Notes: a model not told the origin generated them from the letters alone. Positions 1 through 10,662 are shown, numbered from the stretch's first letter. The stretch: 64,000 nt of DNA from Candidatus Gastranaerophilales bacterium (GCA_944325145.1 CALYDL010000003.1:30559-94558), one strand, 5' to 3'. Program-made: numbers and translations.

Positions 1-76
1 CAAAAACGTTATTGAAAAAAAACTTTTGTTGGAATATCTTATTTTTTGTGGGATACAACTTTTTTGGAAAAATAAA

Positions 77-1312
77 ATGAATTCAAAAGAAATTATAGAA
101 AAAGCTGAAAGCGAAATTTTAGATAAATTTAAAGAAATAGATAAAATTGCAGAATTTAACCAAAGAAAAGTTTTAGATGCCTTTTATAAAAATAAAATTG
201 GCGAAGAACATTTTTATACTGTAACAGGCTACGGGCATGATGATTTAGGCAGAGAAGCCCTAGATAATGTTTTTGCAGATGCCTTTAAGGCTGAAGCTGC
301 AATTGTTCGCCCCCATTTTGTATCTGGCACCCACACCCTATCTTGTGTTTTATTTGGGCTTTTACATTCGGGTGATAACCTTGTTTCAATTGCAGGGGCT
401 CCTTATGACACATTAGAAGAAATAATCGGGAAAAGAGAAAACGACCCTTATTTTGAATCGTCTTTAATGGGCCATGGTGTTAGTTATGATGAAGTTCCAT
501 TAAAAAATGATTTTGAAGTTGATTTTGAAAAAATTCCAAACTATATAAAAGAAAACACTAAAATGGTTTTAATTCAAAAATCAAGAGGGTATTCTTTAAG
601 AAAATCTTTAACTTTAGATGATATTAAAAAAATTGTTGAAATTGTAAAGGCTAAAAACCCAAATACAATTTGTTTTGTAGATAATTGTTACGGTGAATTT
701 ACAGATACAAAAGAACCACTTGAAGTTGGCGCAGATATTATGGCAGGCAGCTTAATTAAAAACCCGGGCGGCGGCATTGTTGAAGCAGGGGGCTATATTG
801 CAGGAAAAGAAAGGCTTGTTGAACTTTGTGCAAGAAGATTAACATCCCCTGGAATCGGAAGAGAAGGGGGTGCTATGTTTAATACAACAAGAGTTATCTT
901 GCAAGGGTTTTTTATGGCGCCATCTATTGTTGCAAATGCTCTTAAAGGGGCAATTTTAGCTGCAAAAGTTTTTGAAAATACAGGCTTTTTAACTCATCCT
1001 CATTCAAATGAAAAAAGGGTGGATTTAATTCAAACAATTAAATTTACAAAAGGCGAAGAACAGGAAAAATTTTGTAGAGCCTTGCAAAGGTATTCGCCCG
1101 TTGAAAGCTATTTAACCCCAATTCCTGATGTTGTGCCCGGGTATGAGGATAAATTAATTATGGCAGGCGGCAGTTTTATTGAAGGTTCAACAATTGAACT
1201 ATCAGCAGACGGGCCAATTCGCCCGCCCTATGCAATTTATATGCAAGGGGGGTTAAGCTATTATCACGTTAAAATTGCGCTTGAAGGCGTTTTGGATGAA
1301 CTTAAAAAATAA
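77..1312 (+). CDS. PLP-dependent Cys/Met-metabolism enzyme of the YnbB / 'aluminium resistance protein' (methionine gamma-lyase-like) family
   Basis: ORF 26..1312; likely ATG at 77 (MNSKEIIEK). Family-typical N-terminal region (FYTVTGYGHDDLGREALD, VRPHFVSGTHTLS) and length of about 410 aa. Confidence 0.7.
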   Translation: MNSKEIIEKAESEILDKFKEIDKIAEFNQRKVLDAFYKNKIGEEHFYTVTGYGHDDLGREALDNVFADAFKAEAAIVRPHFVSGTHTLSCVLFGLLHSGDNLVSIAGAPYDTLEEIIGKRENDPYFESSLMGHGVSYDEVPLKNDFEVDFEKIPNYIKENTKMVLIQKSRGYSLRKSLTLDDIKKIVEIVKAKNPNTICFVDNCYGEFTDTKEPLEVGADIMAGSLIKNPGGGIVEAGGYIAGKERLVELCARRLTSPGIGREGGAMFNTTRVILQGFFMAPSIVANALKGAILAAKVFENTGFLTHPHSNEKRVDLIQTIKFTKGEEQEKFCRALQRYSPVESYLTPIPDVVPGYEDKLIMAGGSFIEGSTIELSADGPIRPPYAIYMQGGLSYYHVKIALEGVLDELKK

Positions 1313-1957
1313 TTATTTAGATTCAAATGAAACTTGAAAACAAATTTCATTTGAATTTTTAATTATTTTAAGCTTGCCTTTTATTGCTCTTAATTTCTTT
1401 TTAATAATTTCAAGCCCCATTTTAGTGGAGCATATATTTTGCTGCTTTTCTTCATATGGGTTTGAAAAGCAAATTGTTAAAAAGCCTTCTTTTTTTTCAA
1501 AAATAATTTTTATTGTGCTGTTAATGGGCGTATATTTAACAGCGTTTGTTAAAAGGTTTAAAATTATCTGCCTTATTAAATATTTATCCCCAATTATATA
1601 AGGGTCAAGCGCCTTATCAAGGCTTATAATTACTCTTAAATTTTTTTCTGCTATTAAAAAATTTAAAACCCTTGTTTCTTCTTTTACAATGTTTGCCAAA
1701 TTAACAAGCTCAAACTTTGGGCAATATCTGCCTTTTTGCAAGGAATATGAATTCATCATATTTTCAACATAATTCAAATTATGCCTGTTTATTTTAAAAA
1801 TTTCATCTAAAAATTCATCTCGCCTTATATTTTTAAGTGCAAAATCCATGCTTATAATAGGGGCCTTTAGGTCATGGATTAATTCAAAAATAAAATCGTC
1901 GTTTTTGTTAAATGTTCTCATATTATTTTTTTTAACAAACCCATTTATTTTTATCAT
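1313..1957 (-). CDS. small cytoplasmic histidine kinase (HisKA H-box plus HATPase_c), no sensor or TM domain
   Basis: ORF 1313..1978. H-box LIHDLKAPI, N-box NLLTNAVKYTP. Start uncertain (TTG 1978, ATG 1957 or 1921). Confidence 0.65.
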   Translation of the reverse strand: MIKINGFVKKNNMRTFNKNDDFIFELIHDLKAPIISMDFALKNIRRDEFLDEIFKINRHNLNYVENMMNSYSLQKGRYCPKFELVNLANIVKEETRVLNFLIAEKNLRVIISLDKALDPYIIGDKYLIRQIILNLLTNAVKYTPINSTIKIIFEKKEGFLTICFSNPYEEKQQNICSTKMGLEIIKKKLRAIKGKLKIIKNSNEICFQVSFESK

Positions 1958-2040
1958 TAATAAGTCGGGCAATCTCAACAGTATTTACATCAAAGCTTGC
2001 TCTTAGTATAATTGTTCATAAATTAAGGAATTATAAAATA

Positions 2041-3447
2041 ATGATTAAAATTGATTTCAAAAATGTATCATCAAATGTTATAGGCGAAAAGTTCGGGCTT
2101 GATATTGAATCTGAATTTGGTGTTTATGCCCCTAAAATTGAAGAAATCATAAAAAATCTTAATTTTAATAAAGATAAACAAGGCGCATGGCTTCAGTGGA
2201 TGAATTTAGGGTATAACGAAGAAACCCTTTGGTATGTTAAAGAATATGCAGCCATGGTTGAAAACAGGTTTGATAACGTTCTTGTTTTGGGCATTGGCGG
2301 CTCTGCCTTGGGTGCAATTGCTTTTTGCCACGCACTTTTAAACCCAAATTGGAATTTACTTACAAAAGAAGAAAGAGGCGGATACCCCAGAATTTTCTTC
2401 TTAGATAATATTGACCCTGATGAAATTCAAAGTTTGTTAAATATACTTGACCTTAAAAGAACTCTTGTAAATGTAATCACAAAATCGGGCTCAACCGCAG
2501 AAACAATGGCGCAGTTTATGATAATTAAAGATAAAATGCAAAGTTTGTTGGGCGATGATTACAGAAAAAATATTGTTGCGACAACAGATAAACAATCGGG
2601 TGTTTTAAGGCAAATTGCAAACGAAGAAGGGTATAAAACATTTGTTGTGCCGGATGATGTTGGCGGTAGGTTTTCCGTTTTTTCACCCGTTGGGCTTGTT
2701 CCAATGGCGCTTGTGGGTATAGACATTGATGAAATTATGAACGGCATTAAAACAATGGATTTGGCCCTTAAAAATACAGACATTAATAAAAATATTGCAG
2801 CGCAAAATGCCTTAATTCATTATTTAATGGATACTCAAAAGGGGCATTATATTACAGTTATGATGCCATATTCATCAAGATTAAAATATGTATCGGATTG
2901 GTTTGTTCAGCTTTGGGCGGAATCTTTAGGAAAAGAAGTTGATAGAGATGGAAATATTGTAAATATCGGCCCTGTTCCAATTAAAGCGTTAGGCGCAACA
3001 GACCAGCACTCTCAAATTCAACTTTATAATGAAGGCAAACACGATAAATTAATTAACTTTATAAGAGTTGATGAATTTGACAGTGTGGTTGAAATTCCAA
3101 AAATATTTGAATTTACGGGAATTAATTATTTGGGCGGCAAAACAATTAACGAACTTATAAACGCAGAAGCTGATGCCACAGCAGTTGCGCTATCTGATTT
3201 TAAACGCCCCAATTTAACAATCCATATGCCGAAAGTGAACGCTTATTATATGGCGCAATTATTCTATATGCTTGAAGTTCAAACTGCAATTGCCGGCGAA
3301 TTATATAATATAAATGCATTTAACCAACCGGGCGTTGAACAAGCAAAAAATTATACCTATGCTCTTATGGGCAGATCAGGTTATGAAGAATCAAGACATG
3401 AATTGGAAGAAAAAATAGGAATTAAAAAAGAAGAAATTAGCCAATAA
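2041..3447 (+). CDS. pgi: glucose-6-phosphate isomerase
   Basis: 468 aa. SIS-domain motifs VLVLGIGGSALG, ITKSGSTAET, GGRFSVFSPVGL, DQHSQIQLY. Confidence 0.9.
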   Translation: MIKIDFKNVSSNVIGEKFGLDIESEFGVYAPKIEEIIKNLNFNKDKQGAWLQWMNLGYNEETLWYVKEYAAMVENRFDNVLVLGIGGSALGAIAFCHALLNPNWNLLTKEERGGYPRIFFLDNIDPDEIQSLLNILDLKRTLVNVITKSGSTAETMAQFMIIKDKMQSLLGDDYRKNIVATTDKQSGVLRQIANEEGYKTFVVPDDVGGRFSVFSPVGLVPMALVGIDIDEIMNGIKTMDLALKNTDINKNIAAQNALIHYLMDTQKGHYITVMMPYSSRLKYVSDWFVQLWAESLGKEVDRDGNIVNIGPVPIKALGATDQHSQIQLYNEGKHDKLINFIRVDEFDSVVEIPKIFEFTGINYLGGKTINELINAEADATAVALSDFKRPNLTIHMPKVNAYYMAQLFYMLEVQTAIAGELYNINAFNQPGVEQAKNYTYALMGRSGYEESRHELEEKIGIKKEEISQ

Positions 3448-3450
3448 AAA

Positions 3451-3475
3451 AGGGCCTTATGTAAGACCCTTTTTT
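3451..3475. terminator. hairpin plus T-run between convergent genes
   Basis: AGGGCCTTA-TG-TAAGACCCT followed by TTTTT, directly after the pgi stop and downstream of the minus-strand ORF at 3491. Confidence 0.6.
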
Positions 3476-3490
3476 ATTAAAAGCTATTTT

Positions 3491-3781
3491 TTAAGCGTAT
3501 AATTTTTGTTCAACCGGTTGAGCTTGTTTTGCTTCTTTGTTTTCTGTAATGCATTTTGCGGCTAAGGCAATGCCTGCAACACCTGCTGCAATTGCTGCTA
3601 TAATTTTTCCCTTTGAGCCTGATTTTTTAGCAACTTGTGCAACATCGTCAACAACTGCTAATGCTCCTGAATTTTGCACCATGGGAAGATTTTTTCCAGC
3701 AGTTGTTGCTAATGCGGTTGTGCCTGATTTTACTGCAATAGGCATAGTTTGTAAACTTGATGTTAATGCTCCAACACTCAT
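3491..3781 (-). CDS. hypothetical small Ala/Gly-rich protein with a C-terminal hydrophobic segment
   Basis: ORF 3491..3799. ATG at 3781 (MSVGALT) preceded by GGAAATGGAAG. Preferred over the antisense ORF 3537..3815 because of this RBS and the terminator placement. Confidence 0.4.
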   Translation of the reverse strand: MSVGALTSSLQTMPIAVKSGTTALATTAGKNLPMVQNSGALAVVDDVAQVAKKSGSKGKIIAAIAAGVAGIALAAKCITENKEAKQAQPVEQKLYA

Positions 3782-3878
3782 TCTTCCATTTCCTTTCACG
3801 ATTGTTATATTTTAATTAAGAATTTTTTAATTAAAATATTGCCATGAAAAATTCATGCTGCTTAACAAAACTTAAAAA

Positions 3879-5207
3879 TTAAACTTCTTCCCCAAAAAGA
3901 CACCAAATTGAAGCTTTATTTAATTTCACAAGAACAAAATCGCCCACGTTATGTTTAGTTGATTCAAAATGAACAACTTTATTGTTTCTTAATCTGCCTT
4001 CTAAAAGCCTTTTATTATCTTCAAATTTTTCTTTTTCAACAAGAACTTCTAATGTTTTTCCAACATATTTTTTATTTGAATTAAAGCTTGCTTCTTTAAT
4101 TGTTTCGTTTAATTCAATTAAACGGCGTTTTTTAATATCATCAGCTACAAATTTATCAACCATTTTGCCCGCAGGCGTGTTTGGCCTTGGGGAATATGCT
4201 GCAGTATTTGAATAATCAAGCCCTAAAAGTTTAATTTGTTTAATTGTATCTTGAAATTCTTCTTCTGTTTCAGATGGAAACCCTGCAATAAAATCTGATG
4301 TAACGGTTACATTTTCAATTTCATTTTGAATTTTTTTCACAATTTCTGTATATTTTTGAACATCATATCTTCTGTTCATCATTTTTAAAATTCTATCGTT
4401 ACCTGATTGCATTGGAATGTGAAAGCATTCGCAAATTTTAGAACCCTTTTTAACGGTTTCAATAACATCATCTGTAATATCGGTTGGATATGATGTTGTA
4501 AACCTTATTCTAAAGTTGCCTTCGAGTTTGTCTAATTCCCTTAAAAGGTGCGCAAATGTGGGTTTTCCTTCTAAGTCTTTACCGTAGCTGTCTACATTTT
4601 GCCCCAAAAGAGTAATTTCCCTGAAGCCTTCTTTTATAATTTGTTTTGCTTCTTTTATAATGTTTTCAATTGTTCTGCTTCTTTCTCTTCCCCTTGTATA
4701 AGGCACAACGCAATAGGTGCAAAAGTTGTTGCAGCCTTCCATAATAGGAAGCCAAGCGTTTATATTTTTATTTCTTATAATTTCAAAATCTTTTTCACTA
4801 ACCGCTTTATCTCTAATTGCGCAAACTCTGCCTTCTTTATTTAAAAGGCCGGGAAGTTCATAGATATTGTGAGTTCCAAAAATTAAATCAACGTATGGAT
4901 ATTTTTTAAAGATGTTTTCTTTTTCTTGCTGGGCAACACAACCGCAAATGCCGATTTTAATATCTTCGCCATCTTTTTTTCTTTTGCCCCAGTTGCCTAT
5001 TTTTGAATATGCTTTATCTTCGGATAATTTTCTGATGGAGCAGGTGTTGATAATTAAAAAATCAGCCTCATCTTCACTTGACGGTTCATAGCCAAAGTGG
5101 CTCATAATGCCCATAATTCTTTCGCTGTCAGATTTATTCATCTGACAGCCAAGAGTTTCAATATATAATTTTTTATTTTTGGAATTCAATTTTTTAACCT
5201 TATACAA
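3879..5207 (-). CDS. miaB: tRNA-i6A37 methylthiotransferase (radical SAM)
   Basis: 442 aa. UPF0004 N-domain LYIETLGCQMN, radical-SAM CNNFCTYC, C-terminal TRAM region. Non-ATG start, position uncertain. Confidence 0.9.
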   Translation of the reverse strand: MYKVKKLNSKNKKLYIETLGCQMNKSDSERIMGIMSHFGYEPSSEDEADFLIINTCSIRKLSEDKAYSKIGNWGKRKKDGEDIKIGICGCVAQQEKENIFKKYPYVDLIFGTHNIYELPGLLNKEGRVCAIRDKAVSEKDFEIIRNKNINAWLPIMEGCNNFCTYCVVPYTRGRERSRTIENIIKEAKQIIKEGFREITLLGQNVDSYGKDLEGKPTFAHLLRELDKLEGNFRIRFTTSYPTDITDDVIETVKKGSKICECFHIPMQSGNDRILKMMNRRYDVQKYTEIVKKIQNEIENVTVTSDFIAGFPSETEEEFQDTIKQIKLLGLDYSNTAAYSPRPNTPAGKMVDKFVADDIKKRRLIELNETIKEASFNSNKKYVGKTLEVLVEKEKFEDNKRLLEGRLRNNKVVHFESTKHNVGDFVLVKLNKASIWCLFGEEV

Positions 5208-6510
5208 TAATTGAAGAATTGATGTTTTCTAATCTTTCAATTCTTTCTTTAAGTGCGCCGATTGGTTTATAATATGGTTCTACCGTCATAATTTTTGCTG
5301 CAATATTCGGGTAGAAATAAATAAACCTTAATTCACTTTTTGTTAAAGGCTTTTGAGTGTGAACGTTAGCGTATCTTGCAAGTTCTAAGATGTTTCTTGC
5401 TTCTTCTTCGTCTTTAAATTCAAGTTCTAAGTTTTGATATACGTTTCTAAAACCTTTAATACCTGAATATTCGCCAACTGTAATCATTCTGCCTGTTTCA
5501 ATGATTTCAGGTTCGCCTTTTCCAAGTTCTTCATAATCGTAAAGTTCATAATTTCTTCTGTCTTTTAAGGCGCCATCTGCGTGGATGCCAGATTCATGCG
5601 CAAAAGCGTTGTCGCCAACTGCAACTTGGTTCATAGGAATTGCAACGCCAAAAGCGTAAGCTGTATATTTTGCTAATTTCCAAGCTTTTGATAAATCAAT
5701 TTGAGGGTCAATTTGGTATTTGCCTTCAAAGCCTGAAGATTTTAAAATTGCAAGAATACAAGAAATTAAATCTGCGTTGCCGGCACGTTCTCCCATGCCG
5801 TTTATTGCTGTATTTATCCAAGGGGTAACGCCCGCATCAACTGCTGCTTTTGCACCCATAACAGAGTTTGCAACGGCCATGCCTAAGTCGTTATGGAAGT
5901 GAAGTTCAATATCCATATTTGTTTCTTTTGCAAGGGTGTAAATTCTGTCATATGCTGTTTTTGGGTCGTCATAACCTAAGGTGTCACAATATCTGAACCT
6001 TTTTGCGCCATATCTTTTGCATTCATTTGCATATTTAATAAGGTAGTTTAAATCTGACCTTGAGGCGTCTTCTGCGTTAACGCCGATTATATTTGCATTG
6101 TTTTTAACGGCTTCATTCACTGCTTCTAATGTTTGAGCTAAAATGTCATCTTTTGTTTTTTTGCCGCCGTATTTACCGTTTATCATTTGATCTGATGTAG
6201 ATTGCGACAAATTAATGTTCTTTAATTTAGGAACATTTTTAAAAGATTTATCAACATCTGATGCCAATGCTCTTGACCACCCTGATAAAATTGTTTTATC
6301 AATGGCGCCCCTTTCAACGAGCATTATGTTGCCGTTCAAGTAATTAATTTCATGGCAAGTTGTCGGGAAACCAAACTCTGATTGGGTTATTCCCATATCG
6401 TTTAACATAAGATTTATTATTGTTTTTTGAAGTTTAGCTAAACCAAGCCTTGATGTTTGAACACCGTCACGATTTGTAACATCTACAAATTTAATGTAAT
6501 TTTCAGTCAT
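5200..6510 (-). CDS. HMGL-like 2-isopropylmalate / homocitrate / citramalate synthase family protein
   Basis: 436 aa. DVTNRDGVQ, HFHNDLGMAVAN, HESGIHADG. No long LeuA regulatory domain, so substrate not assignable. Overlaps miaB by 8 nt. Confidence 0.8.
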   Translation of the reverse strand: MTENYIKFVDVTNRDGVQTSRLGLAKLQKTIINLMLNDMGITQSEFGFPTTCHEINYLNGNIMLVERGAIDKTILSGWSRALASDVDKSFKNVPKLKNINLSQSTSDQMINGKYGGKKTKDDILAQTLEAVNEAVKNNANIIGVNAEDASRSDLNYLIKYANECKRYGAKRFRYCDTLGYDDPKTAYDRIYTLAKETNMDIELHFHNDLGMAVANSVMGAKAAVDAGVTPWINTAINGMGERAGNADLISCILAILKSSGFEGKYQIDPQIDLSKAWKLAKYTAYAFGVAIPMNQVAVGDNAFAHESGIHADGALKDRRNYELYDYEELGKGEPEIIETGRMITVGEYSGIKGFRNVYQNLELEFKDEEEARNILELARYANVHTQKPLTKSELRFIYFYPNIAAKIMTVEPYYKPIGALKERIERLENINSSIIV

Positions 6511-6648
6511 ATTCTACCTTTTGATTAATTTATACTGTTAGTTAATATATTAACAGATAAAAAAATACTGGCAATTTTTTTTCATTTGATATAGAATAAG
6601 TCATGTAATTTGATAATATGGCATGAATTTTTCATGCGAAAGGGAAAA

Positions 6649-7479
6649 ATGCCTACTGTCTCGAAAATAACATTCGGTGAGTCGTCATTTAAAAGTTCAA
6701 ATCTACCCGAGCGACATCGAAAGCGACCAATTTTAAACAGTATATCTCAAATGTCGGATGACGAGATTATACAAGCAAGCGCAAAAGATGCAAACAAAAA
6801 AGCGGAAGAATGTAGTGCTGCACGTGCCCTAAATAAGTGGCCTTTAATGTTTATAGCAGCAACAACTGTGGCAGCAGGTGCCTTAACAAAAGGTAAATTA
6901 TCTGATAAAACTTTATCTGCAGCAAAAACTTTAGGTGCAACGGCAACGGTTTATGCTCTTTCAAAACCTGTTGATACAATAACAGACAAACTTTTAAACA
7001 GAGAAGATAAAGAAGGCAATAAAAAAGAAGCTAACCCGTTTGTTCAATTGGCAGTGGGTGTAGCGGCACTTGCAGGAGCTTCCGCTCTTGTTATAGGCGG
7101 TGCTAAAAAAGGCGGCGATAAGCTTGCAAAAATGTTCAGACCAACAGCAGATGCTATGAAAAAAGGTTTAGCACGCCATGCGGATAAATTAGACGGTTCA
7201 ATTTTAGGCAAGGCTGCAGAAAAAATTTCTAAAAGAACATCTGAAATTGCTTCAAGGTATCCGAAATTAGCTTCAGTTACAAGAAATGCAGCACTTTTTG
7301 CTCCTTTTGCAGGTGCTTTGGGCGGCTCTGTTATTTTGGCAAATGAAGTTCAAAAAGAAAGAGAAAATAATTTCTTCTCAAACGTAGAAAAACTTGCAAC
7401 AGTTAGAGAATTTGCAAGAACAGCACTTAAAGATGATGTTCAAGATACAGAAAAATCAAAAGAAGATATTGAAGATTAA
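6649..7479 (+). CDS. hypothetical protein with hydrophobic Ala-rich segments
   Basis: ORF 6610..7479. ATG at 6649 follows AAAGGGAAAA. No recognisable domain. Confidence 0.45.
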   Translation: MPTVSKITFGESSFKSSNLPERHRKRPILNSISQMSDDEIIQASAKDANKKAEECSAARALNKWPLMFIAATTVAAGALTKGKLSDKTLSAAKTLGATATVYALSKPVDTITDKLLNREDKEGNKKEANPFVQLAVGVAALAGASALVIGGAKKGGDKLAKMFRPTADAMKKGLARHADKLDGSILGKAAEKISKRTSEIASRYPKLASVTRNAALFAPFAGALGGSVILANEVQKERENNFFSNVEKLATVREFARTALKDDVQDTEKSKEDIED

Positions 7480-7497
7480 TTAATTTTTATATAAAAA

Positions 7498-7527
7498 ATA
7501 CCGCCTGAATTTTAGGCGGTATTTTTA
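7498..7527. terminator. bidirectional intrinsic terminator
   Basis: ATACCGCCTGAATTTTAGGCGGTAT flanked by an A-run and a T-run, between convergent genes. Confidence 0.7.
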
Positions 7528-7534
7528 TTTTTGT

Positions 7535-9316
7535 TTAGTTTTCTTTTTCTTTTAAAACATTTGACCAATGTTTAAGAGATTCAGCAAGCCAAGGATGTTC
7601 TTTGCTGAAGTTCGGGTTTCTTCTTCTGTTTGCTTCTAAAACTGCTTCAGGAATATTAAGGGCGTCATTATCTTCTAATCTTTTATGATATGTATCTTCA
7701 AAGTTTTCTGTCATTCTTAAAGACCAGTTGTCGCCCCCTGTAACGCCCGGCACATTGTATCTTTCTTTTATGCCAAGTAAATCTGTCCAGAAAACTTGAA
7801 CATTTTTAGCGCCTGAAGAGAATAATTCTATAAATTTATTTCTTCTCTCCATTTTATCGGGGTATAATTCTTTGGCAGAAGCCGTATCATGGTTTGCAAT
7901 CATAGCAGCGTTATTTCCGGGTGCATTCCAAACGTTGTGGGCATCGCACCATTGAGTAACCGTTATGCCGCCAATGCCAAGGTTTTGAAGTGTGTTTTTT
8001 GTATCCCCCGGCATATAGCCCAAATCTTCCGCTATGATGTTTGAGGCATTAAGCCCCGCTTTATTTGCGGCAGGAAGAACTATTTTTCTTAAAATTCTGT
8101 CGCATTTGTCTCCATTCACTCCTCTATATAATTCAGAATATAACCTTCCTTCACGGCCACCGTTTTCAGAATAAACGTATGGATCCATTAAGCCTACAAT
8201 GTGGTCTATTCTAACGCCGCCTTTGTTTTCTTCAAAGGCTCTTTCATATTTATCATATAAAAATTCGCCGGCTTCGCCTAAGGAACCGTCTTGATTGAAC
8301 AATTTTTTAGGGTCCAGCACAAAGAAGCCCCATTTTTGAGGTTTGTCGTTCCAAGGTTCTTTGCAGCCCATTCTAAGGTCATCTAAGAATAAATCTTTAT
8401 TGCCCCAAACTTCAGCATCAGAGAAGGCAACCGGAATATCGCCGATTCCTTTAATGCCGTTTTCTTGAAGGGTTCTATGGCCTTTTTCGATTGTTTTTTT
8501 TGCAAGCATTTGAGAGAAAAGGAATGAATCTATTTCTTTTTTATGATTTTCTCTTAATTCTTTTAATCTTGATGTTCTTTGTTCTTTTTCCCAATCGTTT
8601 CTTGGTTTGCTGAAAAGGTTTTTATCTGTTTCATTTCCCCAATTTGGCCAGTAATCGTTGCCATTTATATCTGTTAAAATGTTATAAAGTGCATTTTTTT
8701 CTTGTTCTTTGCCTTTGGTTTCTTTAAATTCTTGAAAATCGCTCTCTAAGCGTTCAATTCCCCTTCTTTCAACTTCAGGCAGAGAATCCTTATTTTCTCT
8801 TTTTTGAATAAATGTATCATAGGCTTCAGTTAGCGCCTTTTTTGTTTCTTGCACATTATATGTATATGCAGATTTATCTTGCCCTTTTTTAGGGTTGTTA
8901 TTTACAATTTTTCTATACGTTTCTTCGCTTAAAATAGCGCCTGATTCAGGCTTAGTGAGCTCATCCAAATTAATTATTGCAGTATTATATGCGCTTGAAT
9001 TTGAAACGTAAGGCGAAGCGTCTGTTTGTTTGCCAAGGCCTGACGGTTGTTTTTGCTGTGCGCTAAAGCCCCAATTATTTAAAAAGGGATATAAAAGTTC
9101 ATTTGAACTTCTTGAATACGGTTGCCCGACGCCTATGTCGCTTTCTTTATATGAAGGGGAACAATTTGTGGGCAATATGATTGCCATATTTTTGCCCAAT
9201 ATTTTTAAGCCTTCTTCAATATCTCTCTTAACGGCGGGTTTTTCATCTTCTCTTAATTTTCTGCCGAATGCGGGCGAATTTTGACAGTTAAAACCGGTTA
9301 CAGCACCTAACTTCAC
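7535..9316 (-). CDS. malQ: divergent GH77 4-alpha-glucanotransferase (amylomaltase-like)
   Basis: 593 aa. SPYVSNSSAYNTAIINLDEL, GVRIDHIVGL, IIAEDLGYMP, MIANHDTAS resemble the conserved GH77 blocks. Confidence 0.65.
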   Translation of the reverse strand: MKLGAVTGFNCQNSPAFGRKLREDEKPAVKRDIEEGLKILGKNMAIILPTNCSPSYKESDIGVGQPYSRSSNELLYPFLNNWGFSAQQKQPSGLGKQTDASPYVSNSSAYNTAIINLDELTKPESGAILSEETYRKIVNNNPKKGQDKSAYTYNVQETKKALTEAYDTFIQKRENKDSLPEVERRGIERLESDFQEFKETKGKEQEKNALYNILTDINGNDYWPNWGNETDKNLFSKPRNDWEKEQRTSRLKELRENHKKEIDSFLFSQMLAKKTIEKGHRTLQENGIKGIGDIPVAFSDAEVWGNKDLFLDDLRMGCKEPWNDKPQKWGFFVLDPKKLFNQDGSLGEAGEFLYDKYERAFEENKGGVRIDHIVGLMDPYVYSENGGREGRLYSELYRGVNGDKCDRILRKIVLPAANKAGLNASNIIAEDLGYMPGDTKNTLQNLGIGGITVTQWCDAHNVWNAPGNNAAMIANHDTASAKELYPDKMERRNKFIELFSSGAKNVQVFWTDLLGIKERYNVPGVTGGDNWSLRMTENFEDTYHKRLEDNDALNIPEAVLEANRRRNPNFSKEHPWLAESLKHWSNVLKEKEN

Positions 9317-9781
9317 TTAACTTCTCCTTAATTATATATATTAAATTACTTATTTCGACACAAAAAATTTCTTATTCATTTAAAACACAAAAACATTTTT
9401 TTTGCACATGGAAAAATAAAAGTCAAATTTTTGTTAAGAAATGTTAAAATTAAATTTCAAGTATAGATTAATAGTTCTCTATCTTTAAAAAAACAATTGC
9501 ATTTTTTATGTTAAGTAATATGAACAATGTAGGACAAAAACCAAAAAAAATGGTAATATAAATGCATAAAGTGTTCTTTTTACCCATTAAGGGTAAAGCA
9601 GGAAATAGAGATTAATTAACAATAGAAGATATGAAGTTTCGTTAAGCATTGCAACATAAATAAGTCAATTTTTAAGGGAAAAAATTTTTAAAATATATGT
9701 GAAGTGTTTTAGACCTTCGTGTCTTAGTGTCTCAAAAAAAGTAAGAAGTGAAGAAATTGTTATTTGGAGGAATCTGATTAT

Positions 9782-10636
9782 ATGACAATTAGTGTGAACA
9801 ACCGCAAAAAACAGGCTAAAAAAACATTTGATGAATTAATTAAAGATTTACAAACGTCTAATTCAGAAAAAGTTCGTTATAATGCTGCAAGAGTTCTTGG
9901 TGAAATGGGCGATTTTAAGGCCGTTAAACCATTAATCGATGTTTTAAAATATGATAAAAACGGTTCAGTTCGTTTATATGCCGCACGTGCATTGGGCGAA
10001 TTGGGCGATACAAACGCAACTGTTCCTTTAATTGAATCTTTAAGAGAAGATAGAAACGTTGACGTTCGTGTTCGTGCAGCAAGAGCATTAGGCCGTTTGG
10101 GCGGTGCAATTGTTGTAGAACCCCTTGTTGAAGCACTTAATGATGAAAACCCTCAAGTTTGTATTACTGCAACCGATGCCCTAATTGAAATCGGCGATGT
10201 TGCAGCAGATGCTTTAATTGAATCACTTGACCATGAAAAAGTTAACGTTAGATGCGATGCTACAAGAGCATTGGGTGAAATTGGCAACAGAAAAGCTGTT
10301 GAAAAAATTATCACAATGTTAAAAGATGAATGGGTTAACGTTAGAATTTATGCCGTAACTTCACTCGGTAAATTAGGCGATACAAAAGCAGTTCCTGCTT
10401 TAATTGAAGTTATGGAAGATAAAAATGAAAACGACTTGGTTAGAGCTGGTGCAGCAGCTGCACTCGGCGTTTTAAGAGACCAAAGAGCCCTTCTTCCTTT
10501 AAGAAAATTAATTATTGAAGCTGAAGAACTTGGCGAACTTGAAGATACAGCTTTGAAATCATTCAAGAAAATTATGGCTGCTAACTGGGAATCAATCCCC
10601 GGTGCTGCACCCGTTAAAAAACCGGCTTTATTCTAA
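9782..10636 (+). CDS. HEAT-repeat (PBS-lyase type) protein
   Basis: Repeated about 31-aa units (VRxxAARALGExGDxxAVxPLIxxL). GGAGG upstream of ATG 9782. Confidence 0.8.
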   Translation: MTISVNNRKKQAKKTFDELIKDLQTSNSEKVRYNAARVLGEMGDFKAVKPLIDVLKYDKNGSVRLYAARALGELGDTNATVPLIESLREDRNVDVRVRAARALGRLGGAIVVEPLVEALNDENPQVCITATDALIEIGDVAADALIESLDHEKVNVRCDATRALGEIGNRKAVEKIITMLKDEWVNVRIYAVTSLGKLGDTKAVPALIEVMEDKNENDLVRAGAAAALGVLRDQRALLPLRKLIIEAEELGELEDTALKSFKKIMAANWESIPGAAPVKKPALF

Positions 10637-10662
10637 TTTTGTTTAATTAATTCTTTTTATAA

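Noticed and set aside
3537-3815. Plus-strand ORF (92 aa) fully overlapping the minus-strand ORF 3491..3799.
   Set aside because: It is a mirror frame of an Ala-rich (GCN-rich) gene. The minus-strand ORF has a plausible RBS and ATG and sits correctly relative to the shared terminator. Both remain low confidence.
9317-9763. Unusually long (roughly 450 bp) AT-rich divergent intergenic region between malQ-like and the HEAT-repeat gene; looked for an ncRNA or repeats.
   Set aside because: Only one short hairpin (TACCC-ATTAA-GGGTA) and no similarity to the repeat families in the window. Nothing can be supported from sequence alone.
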